Positions 56,545-64,000 of a DNA stretch of 64,000 nucleotides are shown one piece after another. A program made the translations under genes and the position numbers. The notes beneath the pieces are model-generated. The model saw nothing but the letters and a program-made list of their open reading frames with translations, was not told where the DNA came from and made no database searches. The stretch's first letter is position 1, and every line of letters begins with the position of its first letter. This stretch comes from an uncultured Gemmataceae bacterium (GTDB taxonomy: Bacteria; Planctomycetota; Planctomycetia; Gemmatales; Gemmataceae). The stretch spans positions 1,664,001 to 1,728,000 of the forward strand of contig CAVVPN010000003.1 of the NCBI GenBank assembly GCA_963750165.1. The letters run 5' to 3'.

Positions 56545-56790
56545 TGTGGCTTGGTCTCCTGACCAAGCCACCCGGTCCGACCCTCGATGTGGCTTGGTCT
56601 CCTGACCAAGCCACCCGGTCCGGCCCCTCGTTGTGGCTTGGTCTCCTGACCAAGCCACCCGGCCCGACCGAAGGTCTCCTCCGGGTGGAAGCAGAGGAGA
56701 CCTTCGGTCGGGGGCCGTGGAACGGTCAGGAGACCGTTCCACAACGTTGGAGACCGTTCCACAACGTTGGAGACTGTTCCACAACGTTGT
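56545..56790. repeat. REPIN-like composite palindromic element with tandemly expanded arms
   Basis: Three copies of tgtggcttggtctcctgaccaagccacccgg at 43-44 nt period, a central cgaccgaaggtctcct/aggagaccttcggtcg hairpin, then three 20-nt ggagacygttccacaacgtt repeats. Confidence 0.85.
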
Positions 56791-57017
56791 GTGTCTGCCC
56801 ACTTTCCCGGTCTCGACGTGTGAAAAAGTTGGCCCCCTTGGCCTCCTTGGCCCCCTTGCTGTGGCAATGCAGGCCGCTGGAGGTCAGCCCGTGCCTGCTA
56901 CCCTACCACCCGTGCGCGAATCGCGCGGGAACCGCAGCCTCTTGCCCCCATCCCGCCAGCGGGCGACAATCACTCCGACCAGGCCAACTGTATCCCCGAG
57001 GTTCGGAGGTTCCCGCC

Positions 57018-58010
57018 ATGCGCTGCTTCGGATGTGCGCTGTTCTGGATGTCGTTGTTGTGCTCGCGCGTCACGGCCGGCGAACCAATCTTCGAGCCCGG
57101 GGCCAAGCTGAAGGTGGAAGCCGCGAAGGGCTCCGGCGGCGAGGGCCCGGCGTGGGATCCGAAGCTGGGCGTGCTGACCAGCGGCAACGGCCACACCTAC
57201 CGCCTCGACCGCGACGGCAAATCGACCATTTTCCGCAAGAACTCGGGCACCAACGGCCTGCTCTTCGACCGGCAGGGCCGGCTGCTGGCCTGCGCGGCAG
57301 AGGCGCGGCGCGTCACGCGCACCGACCCGGACGGCAAGGTCACCGTGCTCACCGACCGCTACCAGGGCAAGCGCTACAACCAGCCCAACGACCTGACCGT
57401 GGACTCGAAAGGCCGCATTTACTTCTCCGATCCGCGCTACGGCAGTCGGGACGGCATGGAAATCCGCGACGCCAGGGGGCAGACCATCGAGGGCGTCTAC
57501 CGTATCGACCTGGATGGCAGCGTGACGCGCGTCCTGGGCCGCGAGGTGGATCGGCCCAACGGCGTGCTGGTGTCGGCCGACGACCGTTACCTGTTCGTCG
57601 CCGACAACAATAACAACACGAAGGGCGGTGCTCGCAAGCTGTGGCGCTTCGACCTGCGCAAGGACGGCAGCGTGGACGTGACCAGCCGCAAGTTGCTTTA
57701 CGACTGGGGGGAGGGCCGCGGCCCGGACGGCATCAAGCAGGACCAGAAGGGCCGGCTCTACGTCGCCGGCGGTCTGAACAAACCGAACCCGCCGTTCGAG
57801 CCGGCGAAGGACAAAAAGGGGGGTATATACGTCCTCAGCCCGGAAGGCAAGTTGCTGGACTTCCTACCGGTGCCGACGGACGAGGTGACGAACTGCGCGT
57901 TCGGCGGCGACGACCTGCGGACGCTGTACGTGACAGGCGGCGGCACGCTGTACAGCATCCGCACCACAGCGCCGGGCCGTGTCGTGTGGCCGAAGGTCAA
58001 ACCAGAGTAG
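57018..58010 (+). CDS. SMP-30/gluconolactonase/LRE family protein, secreted
   Basis: EGPAW, TNGLLFD, YNQPNDL..IYFSDP.YG, PNGV, PDGIKQD, TNCAFGGDDLRTLYVT; ggagg RBS. Confidence 0.93.
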   Translation: MRCFGCALFWMSLLCSRVTAGEPIFEPGAKLKVEAAKGSGGEGPAWDPKLGVLTSGNGHTYRLDRDGKSTIFRKNSGTNGLLFDRQGRLLACAAEARRVTRTDPDGKVTVLTDRYQGKRYNQPNDLTVDSKGRIYFSDPRYGSRDGMEIRDARGQTIEGVYRIDLDGSVTRVLGREVDRPNGVLVSADDRYLFVADNNNNTKGGARKLWRFDLRKDGSVDVTSRKLLYDWGEGRGPDGIKQDQKGRLYVAGGLNKPNPPFEPAKDKKGGIYVLSPEGKLLDFLPVPTDEVTNCAFGGDDLRTLYVTGGGTLYSIRTTAPGRVVWPKVKPE

Positions 58011-58053
58011 TCCCAGGACCTCGGAGAAAAAGGGGACATTCAAGATTATTTTG

Positions 58054-58144
58054 GCCGAATCAGTCGTTGCACGTGACTGGCCAACTGAGGTTAGTAGCAT
58101 ACGCCCAGGTCACTCGGCCCGCACGTGAACTGGGCTTGTCCGGA
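58054..58144 (+). other. Degenerate attC-like hairpin
   Basis: GCCGAAT-cagtcg-TTGCACGTG-A-CTGGCC ... GGCCCG-CACGTGAA-ctgggctt-GTCCGGA; two unpaired bases at attC-like positions, R boxes imperfect. Confidence 0.45.
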
Positions 58145-58272
58145 CAGGAAATAAAGCGCCCCTTCCGGATCGCCAACCGGAAGGGACATTTCGTATCAGG
58201 TTGCTGACTATCCCGGATGGGGAGTCGGAGCCCGAGCGCCAGCGCGGGACAGCGCTGCCCCTCACGCGCGCA

Positions 58273-58346
58273 GATTACTCCGTCTCGGGCGGCTCGGGGA
58301 TGCGGAACTCCGCGGTACCGCTCACGTCCACCGTCAGCGGGCTTTT
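58273..58346 (-). repeat. Duplicate of the histidine kinase 3' end (direct repeat of ~58857-58930)
   Basis: gattactccgtctcgggcggctcggggatgcggaactccgcggt(a/g)ccgctcacgtcc(a/g)ccg(t/c)cagcgggct occurs in both places. Confidence 0.95.
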
Positions 58347-58351
58347 CATCA

Positions 58352-58609
58352 TCACGGGCCAACTCGCCAGACCTTCAACACCCGGACCAGGCAATCGTCT
58401 TCAAGCACCTCGTAATCCACCGCCAGGGGCGGGACGAATAAAACTCGCAAGTTATCGGTGCGCGATTCGCCAACCCCCAGTGGATCCCGCTTGAGCAGCG
58501 CATCAATCGTATTCGCCGCACGGGTGACCGCGGCGCGGTCAGGGGCGTTGTTCCACAGGTCAGCCAGCGTCGCTTCCGCGGTGGGCTGCCAAACCACCGT
58601 GAGGTTCAT
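58352..58609 (-). CDS. RelE/ParE-like type II toxin
   Basis: 85 aa, TVVWQPTAEATLADLW..IDALLKRDP..GESR..RVLFVPPLAVDYEV..VRVLKVW; ATGA overlap with the upstream small gene. Confidence 0.75.
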   Translation of the reverse strand: MNLTVVWQPTAEATLADLWNNAPDRAAVTRAANTIDALLKRDPLGVGESRTDNLRVLFVPPLAVDYEVLEDDCLVRVLKVWRVGP

Positions 58610-58845
58610 GGCTGCCCCAATCGCGCCCAGATTTCGGCAAGGGACTTGCCACCCAGTTCCTGGCTGATCTGGCGCAACTCCTCCTCCGTGGACTGCGCCT
58701 TCACCCAGTCGTAGACCAGGCGCCTGTACACCGCGTCGGGCAAAAAATGGCCCACCGTCTTGCCCGTTTCGTCACACACCTCCAGTTGATCGTCGAGCCC
58801 GTTCAGCACCGACCGCAACTGGGGATCCAGCGTGATTTTGCTCAT
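58606..58845 (-). CDS. Putative antitoxin
   Basis: 79-aa acidic protein with ggagg RBS, translationally coupled upstream of the toxin-like gene; ends GGKSLAEIWARL. Confidence 0.7.
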   Translation of the reverse strand: MSKITLDPQLRSVLNGLDDQLEVCDETGKTVGHFLPDAVYRRLVYDWVKAQSTEEELRQISQELGGKSLAEIWARLGQP

Positions 58846-58858
58846 AAGAAACCTCCGA

Positions 58859-60589
58859 TTACTCCGTCTCGGGCGGCTCGGGGATGCGGAACTCCGCGGT
58901 GCCGCTCACGTCCGCCGCCAGCGGGCTCTTGAGCGGCAATCGCAGAATGAACTTGCTCCCCTTGCCCGCCTGGCTCTGCACCAGAATGTCGCCGCCATGC
59001 TCGCGCAGAATCTTACGACTCACCGCCAGCCCCAACCCGGTGCCCCGCGCCCCCTTGGTGCTCACGAACGGCTTGAACAGGTCCGCCATCTTCTGCGGCG
59101 GTATGCCAACGCCGTTGTCCACCACCAGAATCCGCAGCCAACCGGGCTCCGGGTCCAGCCGCGCCCCCACCGTCACCTGCGGATTCTTGCGGTCCTCCAC
59201 CGCGTCCAGCGCGTTGCCCACGATGTTCAGCAGCGCGTGGTGCAACCCCTCCGGATCCACCGGCACTTGCGGTAGATGCTCGCCCGGGCTGTGCTCCAGC
59301 TTGACGCCCAGCTCCTTCGCCCGCGGCGCGCACAGGTCCACCACCTCCTGCGCCAGGGCGTTCACGTCCATCGCCTCCACCGCCGGCTCACGCTCCTTCG
59401 AGTAGCTGAGCATGTCCAGCACCAGATGGTAAATCTTCTCCTGGGCGCTCTCGGAAATCTTCCAGCCCTGCTGCAAATAGGCGTCGTTCTTCTCCGTGAT
59501 GCCCATGCGGAGGATTTCGTTGCCACTGCGCAGCTTTTGCAGGATGTTCTTGATGCCGTGCGACAGCGCCGCAATCGTCTGGCCGATGGCCGCCAGCCGC
59601 TCCGCCTGCAGCATCGCATGATGGTAGCGCGTCTCCTCCACCGCCAGCGCCGCCTGGTGCGCCACCGCGATCGCCAGCGCCAGGTGGTCCTCGGTGAACT
59701 TGCTGCCCGGCACCGGTTTGTCGAGGATGTCGCGCGGATTGCTGCGCGTATCGACGTAGAGCACGCCCAGCGTCTCGTGACGGCCCTTCATCGGCACGCA
59801 GATCACCTCGCGGATGCCGATGCGCACGATGCTCTGGCCGGTGTTGAAGCGCTCGTCCTGGGCGGCGTCGGTGACCAGCACGCCCTCCTTTTGCCGCAGC
59901 ACGTGCTCGACGATGGTGCTGCTCAGGTCGAACTTCTCGCCGCCGGCGCCGCCGTGCCGCCAGCGCACCGCCTTGGGCTCCAGCTGGTCGTCGTCGTTGC
60001 GAATCAGCACGCAGCCGCGGTCCGCCTCAATGGAGCGGAACACCAGCTCCAAAATGCGGTCCAGCAGTTGATTGAGGTCGAGAATGTGGCTGACCGCCTG
60101 CGACGCCTCATACATGATCGTCAGGTTGGCCAGCGCCGTCTTGAGCCAGGGGTTCTTGGCCTTATCGGGCTGCTTCAACAGCCGGCTGCCCTCGGTCTCG
60201 CTGATGGTCTTGATGATCGCGCTGGACATCTCCAGGTCGTGCCGCGTAATCATGCTGATCTTTTCGGCCAGGTCGCTGGCGGCGGCCGGGGTGTCGCCGC
60301 GGCCAGTGCTGTAGACCAGCGTGGTCTGGCCGATCTGGATGTGGTCGCCGGCCTGCAGTGCCGCCTCGGTGACCGGCTGGTTGTTGACGAAGGTGCCGTT
60401 GGCGCTGCCGACGTCCAGCACGCGGTAGGCGCCGTCCTCGGTCCGGACGAACTCGGCGTGGCGGCGCGACACCTCGGTGTCGTGCAGCCGCACGGCGTTG
60501 CCGGCGTCCCGACCGACGCCGAGCCGCGCCCCGGTCAGCTCGAATTGCTTGCCCTCGTCGGCGCCCTTGATGACCAGCACGCGCGGCAC
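58859..60589 (-). CDS. FHA-GAF-histidine kinase
   Basis: FHA (VGRDAGN..VSRRHA..SANGTFVN), GAF, H-box SHGIKNIL, N-box NIVGNALDA, DNGVGI, STKGARGTGLGL. Confidence 0.95.
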   Translation of the reverse strand: MPRVLVIKGADEGKQFELTGARLGVGRDAGNAVRLHDTEVSRRHAEFVRTEDGAYRVLDVGSANGTFVNNQPVTEAALQAGDHIQIGQTTLVYSTGRGDTPAAASDLAEKISMITRHDLEMSSAIIKTISETEGSRLLKQPDKAKNPWLKTALANLTIMYEASQAVSHILDLNQLLDRILELVFRSIEADRGCVLIRNDDDQLEPKAVRWRHGGAGGEKFDLSSTIVEHVLRQKEGVLVTDAAQDERFNTGQSIVRIGIREVICVPMKGRHETLGVLYVDTRSNPRDILDKPVPGSKFTEDHLALAIAVAHQAALAVEETRYHHAMLQAERLAAIGQTIAALSHGIKNILQKLRSGNEILRMGITEKNDAYLQQGWKISESAQEKIYHLVLDMLSYSKEREPAVEAMDVNALAQEVVDLCAPRAKELGVKLEHSPGEHLPQVPVDPEGLHHALLNIVGNALDAVEDRKNPQVTVGARLDPEPGWLRILVVDNGVGIPPQKMADLFKPFVSTKGARGTGLGLAVSRKILREHGGDILVQSQAGKGSKFILRLPLKSPLAADVSGTAEFRIPEPPETE

Positions 60590-60711
60590 GGTGCTCTCCC
60601 CGGAAAAAACGCCGCCCACCGCGGCGAAGCGCGTCGCCCTCCGTCGATGTTCACGATAAGCAGCGGCGCGGCCGGGGTCAACGGCAGCGCCGACCCAAGC
60701 TGGAGGAAGCG

Positions 60712-60805
60712 GATTCACCACAAAGACACAAAGAACACAAAGGGAAGACAGGGAGGAGAATGAGAATCCTTTTCCCTTTTCTTCTTTGTGTCTTTGTGGT
60801 GAATC
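60712..60805. repeat. 9-mer-based inverted repeat
   Basis: gattcaccacaaagacacaaagaa ... ttctttgtgtctttgtggtgaatc. Confidence 0.8.
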
Positions 60806-60809
60806 TCCT

Positions 60810-62633
60810 CTACGCCCCTGCCCGTTCGCGCTGCTCCTGTTGCCGGCGCCACAGCGCCGCGTAAGCACCGCCCAGTGCCAGCAGTTCGGCGTGCGTGCCG
60901 CGCTCGCGCAGCCGACCGTCCTCCAGCACGAAAACGTGGTCCGCCGTCACCACGCTGCTCAGCCGGTGCGTGATGGTAATCACCGTCCGCTCCTTCGCCA
61001 CCTTGCGCAGCGTCTCGGTCAGCGCCGCCTCCGTGGCGTAGTCCAGGGCGCTGGTGGCCTCGTCGAGCACCAGAATGGCCGGGTCGCGCACCAGGGCGCG
61101 GGCGATGGCCAACCGCTGCCGCTGACCGCCCGACAGCTGGCTGCCGCGCTCGCCGACCAGCGTGTCATAGCCCGCCGGCAGCGCCGCGATGAAGTCGTGG
61201 ATCTCCGCCGCCCGCGCCGCCGCCTCGACCTGTTCGCGACTCGCGTCGGGCCGGCCCAGGCGGATGTTCTCCAGAATACTGGCGTTGAACAGCAGGCTCT
61301 CCTGAAAGACCATGCCGATCTGCGCCCGCAGCGACTCCTGCGTCACCGTGCGCAGATCGTGACCGTCGATGCGCACCGCCCCCTTGTCCGGATCGTAAAA
61401 GCGCAGCAGCAGGTTCAGCACCGTGCTCTTGCCGGCGCCGCTGGTGCCGACGAACGCCGCCACCGAGCCGCGAGCGATGCGCACGTCCAGGTCCTCCAGG
61501 GCGAACGAACCCTCGGCGTAGCGGAAGCTCACATGGTCGAATACGAGGTCGCGCTGCAGGCGCGGCAGCGGCAGCGCGTCCGCGGCGTCGCGCACCTGCG
61601 GTTGCTGAGTGAACAGGTCGTTCAGGTGGTGAATGCTGCCGGCGGCCTGAGCCAGCGTCGGCACGTACTGCATCACGTAGGTCAGGGCGTAGCCCATCGA
61701 CAGGAACGTGGCCTCGAAGGCGACCAGGGTGCCGACCGTCAGTTCGCCCTGGTAGGCCCAGTAGGCGCCCAGGCCGAAGGTGAGCAGGTGGATGAGGTAG
61801 ACGCCGGTGTGCGACGAGCGCTCCACCAGCGCACCGAGAAAGTTGACGCGGAAGGCGACCGCCAGCCAGGCCCGATTGAGGCTCTGGAACCGGGAGCCGA
61901 CCAGGGCGTGCAGGCCGAACGCCTTGACCACCGTCTGGCCGGTGACGTTCTCCTGCACGGCGCTGAGCACCTCCGCCTCGCGCTGCCGCTTGTTGTAACT
62001 CAGGGCGAAGGAGCGCACGGCGAACGGCCGCGGCCCCAACAACAGCAGCGGAAACACCAGCAGCCCCAGCAGGCCCAGCCAGAAGTTGAACATCAACAGC
62101 AGCACGACGGAGTACATCACTTCCAGCAGCGGCACCAGGCACCACGGCACCGCGGTGATGAGAGTGCCCTCCAGGGCGACCAGGTCGCCGCTGAAGCGCG
62201 ACAGCACGCCGCCCGCCTGGGTGCGCGTGAAGAACGGCATCGACAGCCGTTGCAGGTGATCGAAGAGCCGCTGCCGCACGTCCAGGATCATGGTGGAGAA
62301 GACGCGGGCGTTGAGGTAGTCGCTGGCCAGGCCGAGCGCGGCCACCGCCACCGCCGCGACGCCGAGGAAGACCAGCACCAGCACGACCGCGTGAAAGTCG
62401 TGGCGGATCAGGCCCTCGTCCACGAGGTACTGCGTCGCCAGGGGGAAGGCGAAGTTGAAGACGGTTTCGATGAGCAGGACGACCGCCAGCAGCGCCAGGG
62501 GGCGGCGGTGCGGGCGCAGGTACGGCCCCAGGAAACGGGCGATGTCCCACAGGTCGCGGGCGTGGACTTCCTCGGTTTCTTCGGAGTCGTCCTCGTCTTC
62601 GTCAGCCTCGTCGGGAAGCGGCTCGGTTTTCAT
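60810..62633 (-). CDS. ABC exporter, fused permease/ATP-binding protein
   Basis: TM domain plus GTSGAGKST, LSGGQRQR, LVLDEATSALD, ITHRL. Confidence 0.97.
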   Translation of the reverse strand: MKTEPLPDEADEDEDDSEETEEVHARDLWDIARFLGPYLRPHRRPLALLAVVLLIETVFNFAFPLATQYLVDEGLIRHDFHAVVLVLVFLGVAAVAVAALGLASDYLNARVFSTMILDVRQRLFDHLQRLSMPFFTRTQAGGVLSRFSGDLVALEGTLITAVPWCLVPLLEVMYSVVLLLMFNFWLGLLGLLVFPLLLLGPRPFAVRSFALSYNKRQREAEVLSAVQENVTGQTVVKAFGLHALVGSRFQSLNRAWLAVAFRVNFLGALVERSSHTGVYLIHLLTFGLGAYWAYQGELTVGTLVAFEATFLSMGYALTYVMQYVPTLAQAAGSIHHLNDLFTQQPQVRDAADALPLPRLQRDLVFDHVSFRYAEGSFALEDLDVRIARGSVAAFVGTSGAGKSTVLNLLLRFYDPDKGAVRIDGHDLRTVTQESLRAQIGMVFQESLLFNASILENIRLGRPDASREQVEAAARAAEIHDFIAALPAGYDTLVGERGSQLSGGQRQRLAIARALVRDPAILVLDEATSALDYATEAALTETLRKVAKERTVITITHRLSSVVTADHVFVLEDGRLRERGTHAELLALGGAYAALWRRQQEQRERAGA

Positions 62634-62645
62634 GAGGGTGAGAGG

Positions 62646-64000
62646 TCACCGGGTCCGCGACAGCACCCGGCCGCGCTTCTTCGGGGCTGGCGGCCGCGGC
62701 GCGTTGGGCTTGCTGTAGAAGCAGTAGCGCATGCTCTCCGCGTCCGGATACCACGGAGCGTCGCCCTCGTTGGCGTCCGTCTCGATCTTCCACGCCCGGC
62801 GCAGCACCCTGGGGTTGCTCGTCGCCACGCGCCAGCCGTTGCGCACGAAGAGTTCGGACCACTCCCAGAGCGTGAACAGCGACCGTGCGTCCTCGAAGAT
62901 ATCGTACGCCTCGATGACCTCTGGCGTCATGTCCGCGGTGTAACCGCCGTAGAAGACGCCCACCCGGCAGACGCGGAACAGCTCGCGAATCGCCTGGTCC
63001 AGGTCCGCTTCCGGCAAATGGCACAGGCAGGTGTCATACGCGAAGTCAAAATGGTTGTCCGGGAACGGCAGCTTGCGCACATCGCCGAGGAGGTTGCGTT
63101 TCCGCCATTTCGCGGGAGTGCGGCGGTGGATGTACTCGCTGTTCTCGACGCCCCAGGCCTCGACGCCGAGCTTCGCGAACAGCGGCAGCGTCAGCCCACT
63201 GGCGGAGCCGCAGTCCAGCAGCCGATACGGCGGCGCCCAGCCCCAGATCGTTTCGATCAGGTCCGTCGTGTAGTGCTCGCAGAAATACTCCTTGAACGCC
63301 TCCTCGTAGGAGCGCTCGCCGTCGTACAGGTCGTGGTACTCGGCACCGACACAGCCGGTGTGGTAGCCGTTGGTGCCGGCGTGGCCGTTGACGGCGGCCG
63401 GCGGCGCAGGGGCGTACTTCTGCTTGCGCAGCCGCGTCATGATGAGATCGGTCACGTAGTCGGCGGAGTCATAGGTACCGTTGATGGTCGAGTCAAACAG
63501 GTAGTCGCCGGCGAGGTACAGGCCGGGGTGGCCGTGCGGCTCGGGCAGATGACGGCGGCGGATGTCGTGTGTCGGCTGGCCGCCGGGCTGGCCGCTGATG
63601 GTGCCGATCCAGCGATGCACCCGGCCTTCCAGGAACAGTTCGCGGCCGTGCGCCAGTGGTGCGGGCAGCGCGTCGAGGACCATTTCGATGAGTCGGGCTT
63701 CGTCGTGATTGCTCAGGGCCAGGGCGTCGTTACCGGCGAGCAGCCAGCCGAGCACGCCGTAGGGTTCGCAGGCGTGGCGGACGCCCTCGTCGTAGACGCA
63801 GCAGCCGCCGAAGGCGTCCGTCATGAAATAGGCGCCCGGCACCCGCTCGCGCCAGAAGGGCTGTTTGAATAGCAAGCTCACGCGCAGGTAATGGGCCGGC
63901 CGGTCGTAGTGGGCCAGGTGCTGCTGCATCGCCAGGCGCAGCTCACGGCTGCCCCAGTCCAGGCAGCCCAGCCAGTAGTTGGGCAATGCCAGCACCACCA
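62646..64000 (-). CDS. Flavin amine-oxidase-like domain fused to class I SAM methyltransferase (5' end outside the window)
   Basis: VSLLFKQPFW..RVHRW..LYLAGDYL..TINGTYDSA, then LLDCGSASG..GVENS..GDVRKLPFPDNHFDF..AIRELFRV. Confidence 0.85.
   Translation of the reverse strand, partial: VVLALPNYWLGCLDWGSRELRLAMQQHLAHYDRPAHYLRVSLLFKQPFWRERVPGAYFMTDAFGGCCVYDEGVRHACEPYGVLGWLLAGNDALALSNHDEARLIEMVLDALPAPLAHGRELFLEGRVHRWIGTISGQPGGQPTHDIRRRHLPEPHGHPGLYLAGDYLFDSTINGTYDSADYVTDLIMTRLRKQKYAPAPPAAVNGHAGTNGYHTGCVGAEYHDLYDGERSYEEAFKEYFCEHYTTDLIETIWGWAPPYRLLDCGSASGLTLPLFAKLGVEAWGVENSEYIHRRTPAKWRKRNLLGDVRKLPFPDNHFDFAYDTCLCHLPEADLDQAIRELFRVCRVGVFYGGYTADMTPEVIEAYDIFEDARSLFTLWEWSELFVRNGWRVATSNPRVLRRAWKIETDANEGDAPWYPDAESMRYCFYSKPNAPRPPAPKKRGRVLSRTR

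Noticed and set aside
56545..56663. Three palindromic direct repeats resembling a mini CRISPR array
   Set aside because: The intervening sequences are short and nearly identical rather than unique spacers, there are no cas genes, and the repeats form one arm of a larger inverted element.
56391..57017. N-terminal extension of the 539-aa ORF
   Set aside because: It reads through repeat DNA. The RBS and signal peptide place the true start at 57018.
60786..63872. 1028-aa plus-strand ORF
   Set aside because: It is the antisense shadow of the ABC exporter and oxidase/methyltransferase genes.

Overview
GC-rich planctomycete (Gemmataceae-like) chromosomal window; the assignment rests on the DUF1559 genes, an LEDR-type N-terminal motif and dense palindromic intergenic repeats. 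The first 16 kb holds housekeeping genes (rplM-rpsI, truD, tsf, rpsB) interleaved with two metal/metalloid modules, each headed by a DUF1559 prepilin-like gene. One is DUF1559-MFS-PhyH dioxygenase-ArsI/methyltransferase-like fusion. The other is a DUF1559-lipoprotein pair divergent from nikR, with a near-canonical NikR operator over its promoter. About 39.6 kb (16401-56016, minus) appears to be one giant surface-protein gene (~13,200 aa) split by four small indels that look like assembly errors. It carries a complete Rhs core and a toxin-like payload in the interior of the chain, followed in frame by two HExxH domains and cadherin repeats, with no obvious immunity gene. The downstream PEP-CTERM gene resembles a free-standing copy of one of its domains. 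The right end has a gluconolactonase, a degenerate attC-like hairpin, a RelE/ParE-like TA pair bracketed by a duplicated kinase 3' end, an FHA-GAF histidine kinase, an ABC exporter and an amine-oxidase/methyltransferase fusion. All family assignments are by motif recognition; no searches were run.
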